Source: an uncultured Bacteroidia bacterium
GTDB taxonomy: Bacteria > Bacteroidota > Bacteroidia > Bacteroidales > UBA932
Direction: 5' to 3'
Assembly: GCA_902780455.1 (NCBI GenBank)
Contig: CACZFO010000002.1
Span: forward strand, 23,493-87,492
DNA: 64,000 nt
A program made the position numbers and the translations under genes. This document shows positions 20,021 to 27,945 of this stretch, one piece after another (the first letter of the stretch is position 1; each line of letters begins with the position of its first letter). The notes beneath the pieces were generated by a model. It was not told the DNA's origin, did no database searches, and worked only from the letters and a program-made list of their open reading frames with translations.

Positions 20021-21550
20021 ATGGAACTTAATCTTAACGAACAGGAACAGAATCGAAGGCAGAGCCTTCAACAGATACGAGATCTGGGCATCAATCCCTA
20101 CCCTGCACCGGAGTATGATATAACAGCCACTTCCAGGCAGGTTCTGGAGGGCTTCAATCCGGAAGCCGCAGAGGATGATCCTTCCCAGCAACAGTTCAAG
20201 AGCGTATCCATGGCCGGAAGGCTGATGAGCCGCCGCATCATGGGCGCAGCGTCATTCATCGAACTGCAGGACAGCGAAGGCAGGATCCAGGCCTACGTGA
20301 AAAGAGACGAGATCTGCCCCGGTGAGGACAAGACCATGTACAACACGGTCTTCAAGAAACTCCTGGACATCGGAGACATCATCGGCATAAAGGGTTTTGC
20401 TTTTGTCACCCAGACCGGCCAGAAGTCCATTCACGTAAAGGAACTGGTTGTCCTCAGCAAATCCCTGAGGGTTCTTCCTATCGTAAAGGAAAAGGACGGA
20501 GAGGTTTTTGACGCCTTTGCAGATCCCGAGATGCGCTACCGCCAGAGATATGTAGACCTGATAGTCAACCCTGAGGTAAGGAAGGTTTTTGAGAAGCGCA
20601 CCAAGATATACAACACAATGAGGGAGTTCTTCAACTCCCACGGATACCTTGAGGTTGAGACCCCTATCCTGCAGCCTATTCCGGGAGGAGCCAACGCCCG
20701 CCCGTTCGTAACCCACCACAACGTGCTGGACATGGACCTGTACCTGAGGATTGCCGACGAGCTTTATCTCAAGAGGCTCATAGTTGGCGGGTTCCCTGGC
20801 GTTTACGAGTTCTCAAAGAACTTCCGCAACGAAGGCATGGACCGCACCCACAACCCTGAGTTCACGGCAATGGAAATCTACGTAGCCTACAAAGACTACT
20901 ACTGGATGATGAACTTTACGGAAAAGATGCTTGAGAAGATTGCAGTTGCGGTAAACGGCACCACAAAGGTTACCATCGGCGAACATGAAGTTGACTTTGC
21001 CGGCCCTTACAAGAGGCTGCCTATGCTGGAGGCCATCAAGCAGTATGCCGGGGTAGACGTAGAAGGCATGAGCGTCGACCAGCTCAGGGAAACCTGCAAG
21101 AAGCTCAACGTTCCAACCCAGCCAAGCTTTGGAGAAGGCAAGCTGATAGATGCCATCTTCGGAGAATTTGTAGAAGGCAACCTTATCCAGCCTACCTTCA
21201 TCATCGATTATCCGGTTTCACTCTCACCTCTGACAAAGCGCAAGAGAGACAACAACAACCTGGTGGAAAGGTTCGAACTCTTCGTATGCGGCAAGGAGTT
21301 GGCTAACGCCTATTCAGAGCTGAATGACCCTATCGACCAGCTCGGCAGGTTCCAGGACCAGCTCAAGCTCAAGAACGGAGGAGACGACGAGGCCATGTAC
21401 ATAGATTACGACTTTGTCCGCGCCCTTGAGTACGGCATGCCTCCTACCAGCGGAATGGGAATCGGAATGGACCGCCTGGCCATGTTCATGACCAACCAGG
21501 TATCCATCCAGGACGTGCTCTTCTTCCCGCAGATGAAAAGAGAGCAGTAA
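20021..21550 (+). CDS. lysS: Lysine--tRNA ligase (class II)
   Basis: The start is chosen at [16 protein letters not shown]. The track ORF begins at 19883 but overlaps recJ, and that stretch does not look like LysS. Class II motifs and an OB anticodon-binding domain are present. Confidence 0.9.
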   Translation: MELNLNEQEQNRRQSLQQIRDLGINPYPAPEYDITATSRQVLEGFNPEAAEDDPSQQQFKSVSMAGRLMSRRIMGAASFIELQDSEGRIQAYVKRDEICPGEDKTMYNTVFKKLLDIGDIIGIKGFAFVTQTGQKSIHVKELVVLSKSLRVLPIVKEKDGEVFDAFADPEMRYRQRYVDLIVNPEVRKVFEKRTKIYNTMREFFNSHGYLEVETPILQPIPGGANARPFVTHHNVLDMDLYLRIADELYLKRLIVGGFPGVYEFSKNFRNEGMDRTHNPEFTAMEIYVAYKDYYWMMNFTEKMLEKIAVAVNGTTKVTIGEHEVDFAGPYKRLPMLEAIKQYAGVDVEGMSVDQLRETCKKLNVPTQPSFGEGKLIDAIFGEFVEGNLIQPTFIIDYPVSLSPLTKRKRDNNNLVERFELFVCGKELANAYSELNDPIDQLGRFQDQLKLKNGGDDEAMYIDYDFVRALEYGMPPTSGMGIGMDRLAMFMTNQVSIQDVLFFPQMKREQ

Positions 21551-21574
21551 GAGAAAAAGCTGCTTCAAGTTGGC

Positions 21575-22501
21575 TTGCAACACATAGCGGTGCGTAGTGC
21601 AAAAGTCACTGAAGCAGATGTAAACATGAGCACAATGAAAGACCTGTCACAGAATAGAATAACCTCCTTGCAGAACCCTAAGGTCAAGGAGGTTGTTTTA
21701 TTGCAGGAAAAGGCCCGCGAAAGAGAAAAGACCGGACTGTTCCCGGTAGAAGGCCAGAGGGAAGTTTCCGCCTGCATCAGTTCAGGTTTTGAGATACAGT
21801 CTGTCTTCCTCTGCGACCATATACTGGAAGCAGACCAGAATCTTTCAGGCAAAAATCTGGTTGGAACTGAGATTCTGACTGTTGAAGACATCATCAAGGA
21901 CATCGGGGGAGAAAGAATCTTTTCAGTATCACCTCAAGTTTACGAGAAGATAGCCTACCGCTCTTCTACCGAAGGCATCCTGGCCGTAGCCAAGGCCCGC
22001 CACACAACGCTGGATGACCTGGGCAGGATTCTTGACTCTCTCTCCCAACCTCTTATCCTTGTTGCTGAAGCGGTTGAAAAACCGGGCAACCTGGGAGCCA
22101 TCCTAAGAACCGCAGATGCCGTCGGCGCCACGGCAGTAATATTTGCAAACCCCAGGACAGACCTCTACAACCCCAACCTGATCCGAGCAAGCCTTGGTGG
22201 AGTTTTCACACAGACCATCGTCTGCTGCAAAAGCGAGGAAGCCATAGACTTCCTCAAGTCTCACAATATCAGAATCTACACCGCCCAGCTCCAGGATTCC
22301 GTTCCATACTACGGCACAGATATGAGAGAATCCTGTGCAATAGCCTTGGGAAGCGAGGCTGACGGTATCTCCGACATCTGGAGAAAGGCTTCTGACCGCA
22401 AGATCATGATTCCTATGCTCGGAAGGCTGGATTCTCTCAACGTATCCGTCTCCGCCGCCATACTCTGCTACGAAGCCCTCCGCCAACGCTCCTCCAGATG
22501 A
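21575..22501 (+). CDS. SpoU/TrmH-family RNA 2'-O-methyltransferase
   Basis: Motifs GNLGAILRTADAVGA, ALGSEADGIS and IPMLGRLDSLNVSVSAAI. Alternative starts are at 21626 and 21635. The stop overlaps the aroE start (ATGA). Confidence 0.8.
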   Translation: MQHIAVRSAKVTEADVNMSTMKDLSQNRITSLQNPKVKEVVLLQEKAREREKTGLFPVEGQREVSACISSGFEIQSVFLCDHILEADQNLSGKNLVGTEILTVEDIIKDIGGERIFSVSPQVYEKIAYRSSTEGILAVAKARHTTLDDLGRILDSLSQPLILVAEAVEKPGNLGAILRTADAVGATAVIFANPRTDLYNPNLIRASLGGVFTQTIVCCKSEEAIDFLKSHNIRIYTAQLQDSVPYYGTDMRESCAIALGSEADGISDIWRKASDRKIMIPMLGRLDSLNVSVSAAILCYEALRQRSSR

Positions 22502-23292
22502 AAAAGTTTGCCCTCATAGGAAATCCGATCTCCCACTCCAAGAGCCCCGAGCTTTTCCGCAAGGCTTTCCCCGGCAGCGGCATGTCATACGACCTTATTG
22601 AAAGAGACACCGTAGAGCAGTCCATCGCCTGTCTGAAAGAAAAAGGCTACGGCGGAGCAAACGTCACCGCCCCTTTCAAGGAGAGCGCAATGCAGTTTGT
22701 CACCGATCCCGACCCTGTTTCAAAGGCAATTGGCGCCACCAACCTCATCCTCTTCAGAAATGACAAGGTCTTCAGCTACAACACTGACTACCTGGCTGTA
22801 AGGAGAATGGTCCGGGAACTTAGGACCCGCCTTTGCAAATCAGATTATACTGCAGCTGCTGTCATCGGTTGTGGCGGAGCGGGAAAAGCCGCAGCCCTGG
22901 CCTGCCTCGACGAAGGCCTGCATACCTTCATTTCCAACCGCACAATGAAAAAGGCCGAAGATTTTGCAAGAACCATTTCAGGATACCTTCACGAGTTGGA
23001 GACCATAAGCATCGCCGAGGCTGACAGCATGCTGAAAAATGCAGACGGCAGCTTCCTTGTCATCTACACCATCCCAGCTCCCGACGGAGTTCTCAGTGAG
23101 GTTCTCAAAAGTTACTCACAGGCCGATCAAGAACCAACATGCAACAATCCGGACAGCAGAATTACAGTCATCGAGGCAAATTACAAGAATCCTTGCCTGA
23201 ATCCAGAAAGCGGCATCAGGTGGCTCAAGTACCAAGCCGTGGAGAGTTTCAGACTGATGACCGGAATTGCCCCGGACGAAAGCAGGTTTTAG
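22498..23292 (+). CDS. aroE: Shikimate dehydrogenase
   Basis: 264 aa with IGNPISHSKSP and an NAD(P) site GCGGAGKAAA. Confidence 0.85.
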   Translation: MKKFALIGNPISHSKSPELFRKAFPGSGMSYDLIERDTVEQSIACLKEKGYGGANVTAPFKESAMQFVTDPDPVSKAIGATNLILFRNDKVFSYNTDYLAVRRMVRELRTRLCKSDYTAAAVIGCGGAGKAAALACLDEGLHTFISNRTMKKAEDFARTISGYLHELETISIAEADSMLKNADGSFLVIYTIPAPDGVLSEVLKSYSQADQEPTCNNPDSRITVIEANYKNPCLNPESGIRWLKYQAVESFRLMTGIAPDESRF

Positions 23293-23301
23293 TTATCTTT
23301 C

Positions 23302-23333
23302 TTTGTAGCAAAAGAGTTTTTTTCCTATATTTG
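23302..23333 (+). promoter_or_regulatory. Consensus Bacteroides promoter for micro-ORF 1 / lipoprotein 1
   Basis: -33 TTTG (23302-23305) and -7 TATATTTG (23326-23333) with a 20-nt spacer. It matches the published TTTG / TAnnTTTG consensus. Confidence 0.65.
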
Positions 23334-23417
23334 TAACAGTTGAATTACTCCCTCCCTTATAGAGAGGGAAAATGTGTTGAAAATTAACAAAATTAACAAA
23401 TTACAGCCTTACTACAT

Positions 23418-23546
23418 ATGAAAAACAAGAAATTATATCTTGCTCCTGAATGTGAGTTTCAGGAGCTGGAACCGGAAAACAGCCTGCTTACGGGCAGCAC
23501 TACGGAAGGCATCGAGATACCCGTCAGTGATGAAGAAGATTTCTAA
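23418..23546 (+). CDS. Micro-ORF 1, 42 aa, acidic: MKNKKLYLAPECEFQELEPENSLLTGSTTEGIEIPVSDEEDF
   Basis: Hand-translated. It ends 7 nt before the lipoprotein ORF. It shares a fixed framework with three other micro-ORFs in the same relative position. Confidence 0.6.
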   Translation: MKNKKLYLAPECEFQELEPENSLLTGSTTEGIEIPVSDEEDF

Positions 23547-23553
23547 CCTTTAA

Positions 23554-24453
23554 ATGCGCACAAAAATGAAACTTACAAGATTATTTCTCGGAATTTGCTG
23601 CGCAGCCGCAGCTCTGGCAGCCTGCAGCAAGGCAGAAAAAGTAACCAAAGAGGCTCCAACCCGTCCGATGACCATCACCCTCAGCACAGATGAGCCTTCT
23701 ACAAAAATCTCTGTCGATTACAACGGCACAAACAAGTACACCCACAAATGGCAGACCGGAGACGCCCTCTCTGTTCTTATCGTTGTAGATGGAACTGGAT
23801 ACAACGACAAATTCGAGCTCGTTTCAGGAGCCGGAACCAACACCGGTGTATTCTCCTGTGCAACCAGCCACATACCTGCTTTAGGAAATATTGATGTAAC
23901 CTACATTTATCCTTATACCACGGAAAAAGATGGTGATAGCTGGTGGAAAAGAAGCATTGAAAACCAGGGGAACGGAAGCCTGGCCAATCTCGGCAAATAT
24001 GATATGCTCGCTGCTCGAGCAGCATATACTGATGGTGTTTACTCTTATTATATGTCAGGAGGAACCCCGGATTTTCAAGTGTTTTTCTTAAAACTTCCGG
24101 CAGGACTTCAGCTGGTAGGCAACTCCACCGGCAACCATTCGGTAGATATCGAATTGAGCGGCACAGGCGCTACCGATATTAACATCGATTTTCTCAACCA
24201 TATAAACCTTAAGACTGCGACTACAAATACAGGAACCATCAAGCTTACGAGTGTGGCCCTTTCAGATGGCAAACTCGTTTCAGATACATATATTGCGTGC
24301 GGTACTAACTATGGTTCAGACCGGACTTTTTCCCTGTCAGTTAAGGAAGGTTCTTCAAGCGTAAGATATGACCTTACCCATCCAGGGAGGTTATATGTAG
24401 GGAATGTGTACAAGCTTTCCCAGACCCATTTCTCTCCGGTAAAGAACTTTTAG
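23554..24453 (+). CDS. Fimbrillin/Mfa-like surface lipoprotein 1
   Basis: 299 aa with lipobox signal MKLTRLFLGICCAAAALAAC (alternative start 23566). It carries the motifs W-x-x-G-D-A-L-S and IYPY shared with the three downstream paralogues. Confidence 0.7.
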   Translation: MRTKMKLTRLFLGICCAAAALAACSKAEKVTKEAPTRPMTITLSTDEPSTKISVDYNGTNKYTHKWQTGDALSVLIVVDGTGYNDKFELVSGAGTNTGVFSCATSHIPALGNIDVTYIYPYTTEKDGDSWWKRSIENQGNGSLANLGKYDMLAARAAYTDGVYSYYMSGGTPDFQVFFLKLPAGLQLVGNSTGNHSVDIELSGTGATDINIDFLNHINLKTATTNTGTIKLTSVALSDGKLVSDTYIACGTNYGSDRTFSLSVKEGSSSVRYDLTHPGRLYVGNVYKLSQTHFSPVKNF

Positions 24454-24514
24454 TTAATCTCAACGTTTGCCGGGAAAGATACATCGCTGAGCCTTGGCAA
24501 AACTATAATACATG

Positions 24515-24541
24515 ATCCGGCTGTACCCCAGCCGGATTTTT
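24515..24541 (+). terminator. Rho-independent terminator after lipoprotein 1
   Basis: 9-bp stem atccggctg/cagccggat, a 5-nt loop and a T5 run. Confidence 0.8.
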
Positions 24542-24568
24542 GTTCCCCAGGATTTTTTTATATCTTTG
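24539..24568 (+). promoter_or_regulatory. Consensus Bacteroides promoter for micro-ORF 2 / lipoprotein 2
   Basis: -33 TTTG (24539-24542) and -7 TATCTTTG (24561-24568) with an 18-nt spacer. Confidence 0.6.
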
Positions 24569-24643
24569 TAAGCAAGGAATTCTCTCCTCTTTATAGAGGG
24601 GGGGGAATGCATTGAAAATCAACAAATTATAGCCTCATAAATT

Positions 24644-24778
24644 ATGAAAGACAAACTTCCTTACAAAGCTCCGGTATGCGAAGAAGACATTCTTGAGCCG
24701 GAAAACAGCCTGCTGGCAGCCAGTCCGCTGGACATCAATTATGACCTCCCTGATCCCGATGATGAAAAAGATTTCTAA
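24644..24778 (+). CDS. Micro-ORF 2, 44 aa, acidic: MKDKLPYKAPVCEEDILEPENSLLAASPLDINYDLPDPDDEKDF
   Basis: Hand-translated. It ends 6 nt before the lipoprotein ORF. It is a paralogue of micro-ORF 1 (shared LEPENSLL and a C-terminal DF). Confidence 0.6.
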   Translation: MKDKLPYKAPVCEEDILEPENSLLAASPLDINYDLPDPDDEKDF

Positions 24779-24784
24779 CCTTAA

Positions 24785-25687
24785 ATGCGCGCAACCATGA
24801 AACTCACAAGATTTTTAGTCGGTATCTGCTGCGCAGCGGCAGTGCTTACCTCCTGCAGCAAGGATGAGAACGTAAAAGTTGAAGAAACCTCTCCTGTAAC
24901 CATAACCATCAGCACTGATGACCTGGCTACCAAGACCGTCATCGGACGCGATGACGAATCCGGGAAATACACCCACACCTGGAAAGACGGCGATGCCTTG
25001 AGCTGCATCATAGCACACAGTAGTACAGAGTATTATATGGACAAGTTCGTACTGGTTTCCGGAGCCGGAACCAAGACAGGAACCTTCTCCTGCTCCAACA
25101 GCCATGTCAAGGCAGAGGGATATACTTATCCTGTAATAATCTATCCTTACTCGGATGAAGAAGCCGGCGGCTGGTATAACTGGTCCTGGGAAAACCAGGA
25201 AGGTGGAAGCCTGGAAAACCTGTCAAAATATATTGTACTTTATGCCAGGGCCACCTTCCAAGACAAGGTTTTCAAAGGATGGAACGAAAAGCCAGTATTC
25301 GTTTCTGATTCATATTTCCTGAAATTCCCTCAAGGCTTGCAGATTGTAGGCAACGCTCCAGGAAACCACACTGTAGATTTGACCTTCAGTGCATCAGGAA
25401 GTTCCACTGTAAAAAACCGCCAACAATATGCAAAAAATTATTATTCGGGTACTTCTGTTGACGGAAGCATAAAACTTACAGGCGTGGCTCTGACAGACGG
25501 TAAACTTGCAAAAGACACTTATATGTATGTCAGGGCAAGCCGTGAACCAGGCTCCACTTTCACACTTGAAGTAAAAGAAGGCACAAACTCTGTAAGCTAC
25601 ACCTTGACAAGTGGTTCCAGCCACAAGAGCACAGGAGGTGTATACAAACTTAACCAGAGCAACTTCACTCCGATCCTGGATTTCTAG
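24785..25687 (+). CDS. Fimbrillin/Mfa-like surface lipoprotein 2 (paralogue of lipoprotein 1)
   Basis: 300 aa with lipobox MKLTRFLVGICCAAAVLTSC (alternative start 24797). It is collinear with lipoprotein 1 at roughly half identity by eye. Confidence 0.7.
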   Translation: MRATMKLTRFLVGICCAAAVLTSCSKDENVKVEETSPVTITISTDDLATKTVIGRDDESGKYTHTWKDGDALSCIIAHSSTEYYMDKFVLVSGAGTKTGTFSCSNSHVKAEGYTYPVIIYPYSDEEAGGWYNWSWENQEGGSLENLSKYIVLYARATFQDKVFKGWNEKPVFVSDSYFLKFPQGLQIVGNAPGNHTVDLTFSASGSSTVKNRQQYAKNYYSGTSVDGSIKLTGVALTDGKLAKDTYMYVRASREPGSTFTLEVKEGTNSVSYTLTSGSSHKSTGGVYKLNQSNFTPILDF

Positions 25688-25743
25688 AAGAAACTCTGGA
25701 GTGGCGTTTATTATCAGTTATAATCGCCTATCACAAATATGTT

Positions 25744-25772
25744 ACGGCAGGACAGTCTCCTGCCGTTTTTTT
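25744..25772 (+). terminator. Rho-independent terminator after lipoprotein 2
   Basis: 9-bp stem acggcagga/tcctgccgt, a 5-nt loop and a T7 run. Confidence 0.8.
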
Positions 25773-25858
25773 GTTTATCGTGATAGAAAACACCCCTATT
25801 CTAGGTTCATTATAGTTCATAATCTATTCTCTCCCTGGAATTATAAAAATTCTTAATA

Positions 25859-25894
25859 AATAATTGCAATTATTGATTATTCTTAATAATTTTG
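25859..25894 (+). promoter_or_regulatory. Candidate promoter (-7 TAATTTTG, 25887-25894) with a perfect 16-bp palindrome AATAATTGCAATTATT (25859-25874) over the -33 region
   Basis: The palindrome was verified by reverse-complementing. It is flanked by the direct repeat ATTCTTAATAA. The region is AT-rich, so chance occurrence is not negligible. Confidence 0.4.
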
Positions 25895-25919
25895 CGCGAA
25901 TTTGCATAATTAGGGTCAT

Positions 25920-26057
25920 ATGAATATGAAAATTAACTATCTGAGCCCTCGGATTACGGTTATAGGAGTAACCATGACCAAAGGAATCCTGACTGTATCC
26001 GGCGGCGATTATGAACATCCGGAACCAGGAGACCCAATAGGTTCCGACGAAGACTGA
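25920..26057 (+). CDS. Micro-ORF 3, 45 aa: MNMKINYLSPRITVIGVTMTKGILTVSGGDYEHPEPGDPIGSDED
   Basis: Hand-translated. It ends 15 nt before lipoprotein 3. It has the same Y-x-x-P ... IL-x-x-S framework and an acidic tail. Confidence 0.5.
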   Translation: MNMKINYLSPRITVIGVTMTKGILTVSGGDYEHPEPGDPIGSDED

Positions 26058-26072
26058 CAGGAGGATGGTATC

Positions 26073-27773
26073 ATGAAAAGATTATTCAGAGTTCTGAGTT
26101 ACGCCACCCTCGTGGCATTGGTGTTTTCCTGCAGCAGCAAGGAGGACGGACTGTTCGTTCCTGCCCAGAAGGATAACACAATCATTACCGTTTCGGCCTC
26201 TGTAGAGAGTTCTCCAACCAAGACTACCCTGCAGGACGACCTTTCGATTATCTGGAATGCTGAAGATGCCATTTCACTCCTGGCTTCCGGTGTAAACTAT
26301 GAGTTCAAGACAAGCTCTGCAAAACTGAAGGACGGCGGTCTGAGGGCTAATTTCGACCATGAAGGCGAAATCCCTCAGCAGAGTTACTACGCCATTTATC
26401 CATTCAACAGCGGCGCACTCCTCAACGGAAGCGTTATAACTACCCAACTCCCTGCCATCCAGACGGCCGCAGCAAACTCCTTCGGTCCCGGTGCCAACCT
26501 GGCCGTTGCATACGCAGACTGGGGTCAGCCGTTCAAGTTCAGGAATGCTGCTGCCATGATCAAGGTCAGCTTCAAGACCACCGATGCCGATGCTGCCATC
26601 AAGTCCATAACTTTCCGCAGCCTCAATAGCAGCATCCTGCTTTCAGGAACCGTACAGCTGACACCTACCGTTGAAGACGGAGTGGTTACCAATGTGGCTA
26701 TGACCGTTACAAGCGGCCAGCCTTACGTTACCCTCCAGGCTCCTGACGGACAGTATCTCCAGCCAAATACAGAGTATTACATCACTGCTGCTCCTGCTGC
26801 CCTTACCTCTGGCTACCGCATTGAATTCGAGACCGCAGACGGCCTGACCTTCGGCAGGTATTACAGCGATGCAACCTACAAATCTGCAGTTCTCAGTCGC
26901 AATACAATCTCTGCTACCGGAAAGAAGAACCTGGACAATTTTGAAATCACAGGATACTTCCGTGTCCGCTACGCTGAGACCAACAACCACCCTGGCATAG
27001 GTGAATACCTTGTCGTGTACAAGATGCCGGACGGCAGCTACCGCATCCTCAATGAAGATAAGACCGATACCTATATCGTAAAGGGAACTCATTTTGCCCT
27101 AAGTGGTTCACAAATGATTAATGTTTTAAGCCAAACTTTAACTGATGTTGGAAAACAAGAGTTGGAAAGAATGGTTGCTTTTGTGTTCAGAAACGCATGG
27201 CTTTCTTCTTCAAACTCTGACGATAACATTTCCTTTGCAGACGATGAACTTATAACTTCTACTTCTCCTATCGGCATTTCGGTAAACAGATACAGGTATA
27301 ACTCAAAATACTATTACTTTGCAAATGTTGTTTTATACAACCGTACTGACAACACCAATATTACTCTTACACTTGACAATCTGACTTGTAAGCTGAATTC
27401 TTCAGATTCCGGAACTGTAGATGGATTATTCAATACAAACACTTCTAGTGTGAATCCACAGGGTAATCCTAACTCCTGCTCTGATCTGGTAAATGCGCTG
27501 ATGATGCATGCAACCTTTTCAGTTCCAATATTCGGAGACCAAACGGCTACTGTTAAGAAGGGAGCTACGGATGCATTGAAAAAGGACAATGCTTTTTCCG
27601 GTGCATTCACTACTGCTTCTCACAATACTCTTGAAGGAAAACCTACTTACGAGGTTTACAAGGATCATTTCATGATCAGAACTAACGACCTATTGAGCGG
27701 CGCTTCCCTTTCCGATATCTGGATTTATAAACATGGAACTAAGAATTACGCATATTATATAAACAATAAATAA
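26073..27773 (+). CDS. Large surface lipoprotein 3: fimbrillin-like N-terminal half plus a C-terminal region of unknown function
   Basis: 566 aa with lipobox LVALVFSCSS. N-terminal motifs are IIWNAEDAIS, YYAIYPF, LPAIQ and NLAVAY. Confidence 0.7.
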   Translation: MKRLFRVLSYATLVALVFSCSSKEDGLFVPAQKDNTIITVSASVESSPTKTTLQDDLSIIWNAEDAISLLASGVNYEFKTSSAKLKDGGLRANFDHEGEIPQQSYYAIYPFNSGALLNGSVITTQLPAIQTAAANSFGPGANLAVAYADWGQPFKFRNAAAMIKVSFKTTDADAAIKSITFRSLNSSILLSGTVQLTPTVEDGVVTNVAMTVTSGQPYVTLQAPDGQYLQPNTEYYITAAPAALTSGYRIEFETADGLTFGRYYSDATYKSAVLSRNTISATGKKNLDNFEITGYFRVRYAETNNHPGIGEYLVVYKMPDGSYRILNEDKTDTYIVKGTHFALSGSQMINVLSQTLTDVGKQELERMVAFVFRNAWLSSSNSDDNISFADDELITSTSPIGISVNRYRYNSKYYYFANVVLYNRTDNTNITLTLDNLTCKLNSSDSGTVDGLFNTNTSSVNPQGNPNSCSDLVNALMMHATFSVPIFGDQTATVKKGATDALKKDNAFSGAFTTASHNTLEGKPTYEVYKDHFMIRTNDLLSGASLSDIWIYKHGTKNYAYYINNK

Positions 27774-27783
27774 TTATCAGTCT

Positions 27784-27909
27784 ATGAAAACAATTAAGGA
27801 AACTTATGAGAAACCATACTCAAAAAGCATTGAATATGAGTTTCAAGGCATTGTATGCGCCACAAACCTGGAACCTATTGACGACGAAGGAGAAATTCCT
27901 TTGGACTAG
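27784..27909 (+). CDS. Micro-ORF 4, 41 aa: MKTIKETYEKPYSKSIEYEFQGIVCATNLEPIDDEGEIPLD
   Basis: Hand-translated. It starts 10 nt after the lipoprotein 3 stop and ends 36 nt before lipoprotein 4. It has the same framework and an acidic tail. Confidence 0.5.
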   Translation: MKTIKETYEKPYSKSIEYEFQGIVCATNLEPIDDEGEIPLD

Positions 27910-27945
27910 AGGCATTTTATAGTTTAACTTTTTAAACCTGCGATT

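Noticed and set aside
23334-23417. Invertible (phase-variable) promoter for the fimbrillin-like cassettes.
   Set aside because: I looked for inverted repeats flanking the promoters of cassettes 1-3. I found only direct repeats (aattaacaaa x2; attcttaataa x2) and a local palindrome. No recombinase gene is nearby.
25824-26018. 64-aa minus-strand ORF overlapping micro-ORF 3.
   Set aside because: It is antisense to the locus orientation, runs through the AT-rich promoter region, and has no resemblance to anything else in the window. The plus-strand micro-ORF fits the family framework and its position.
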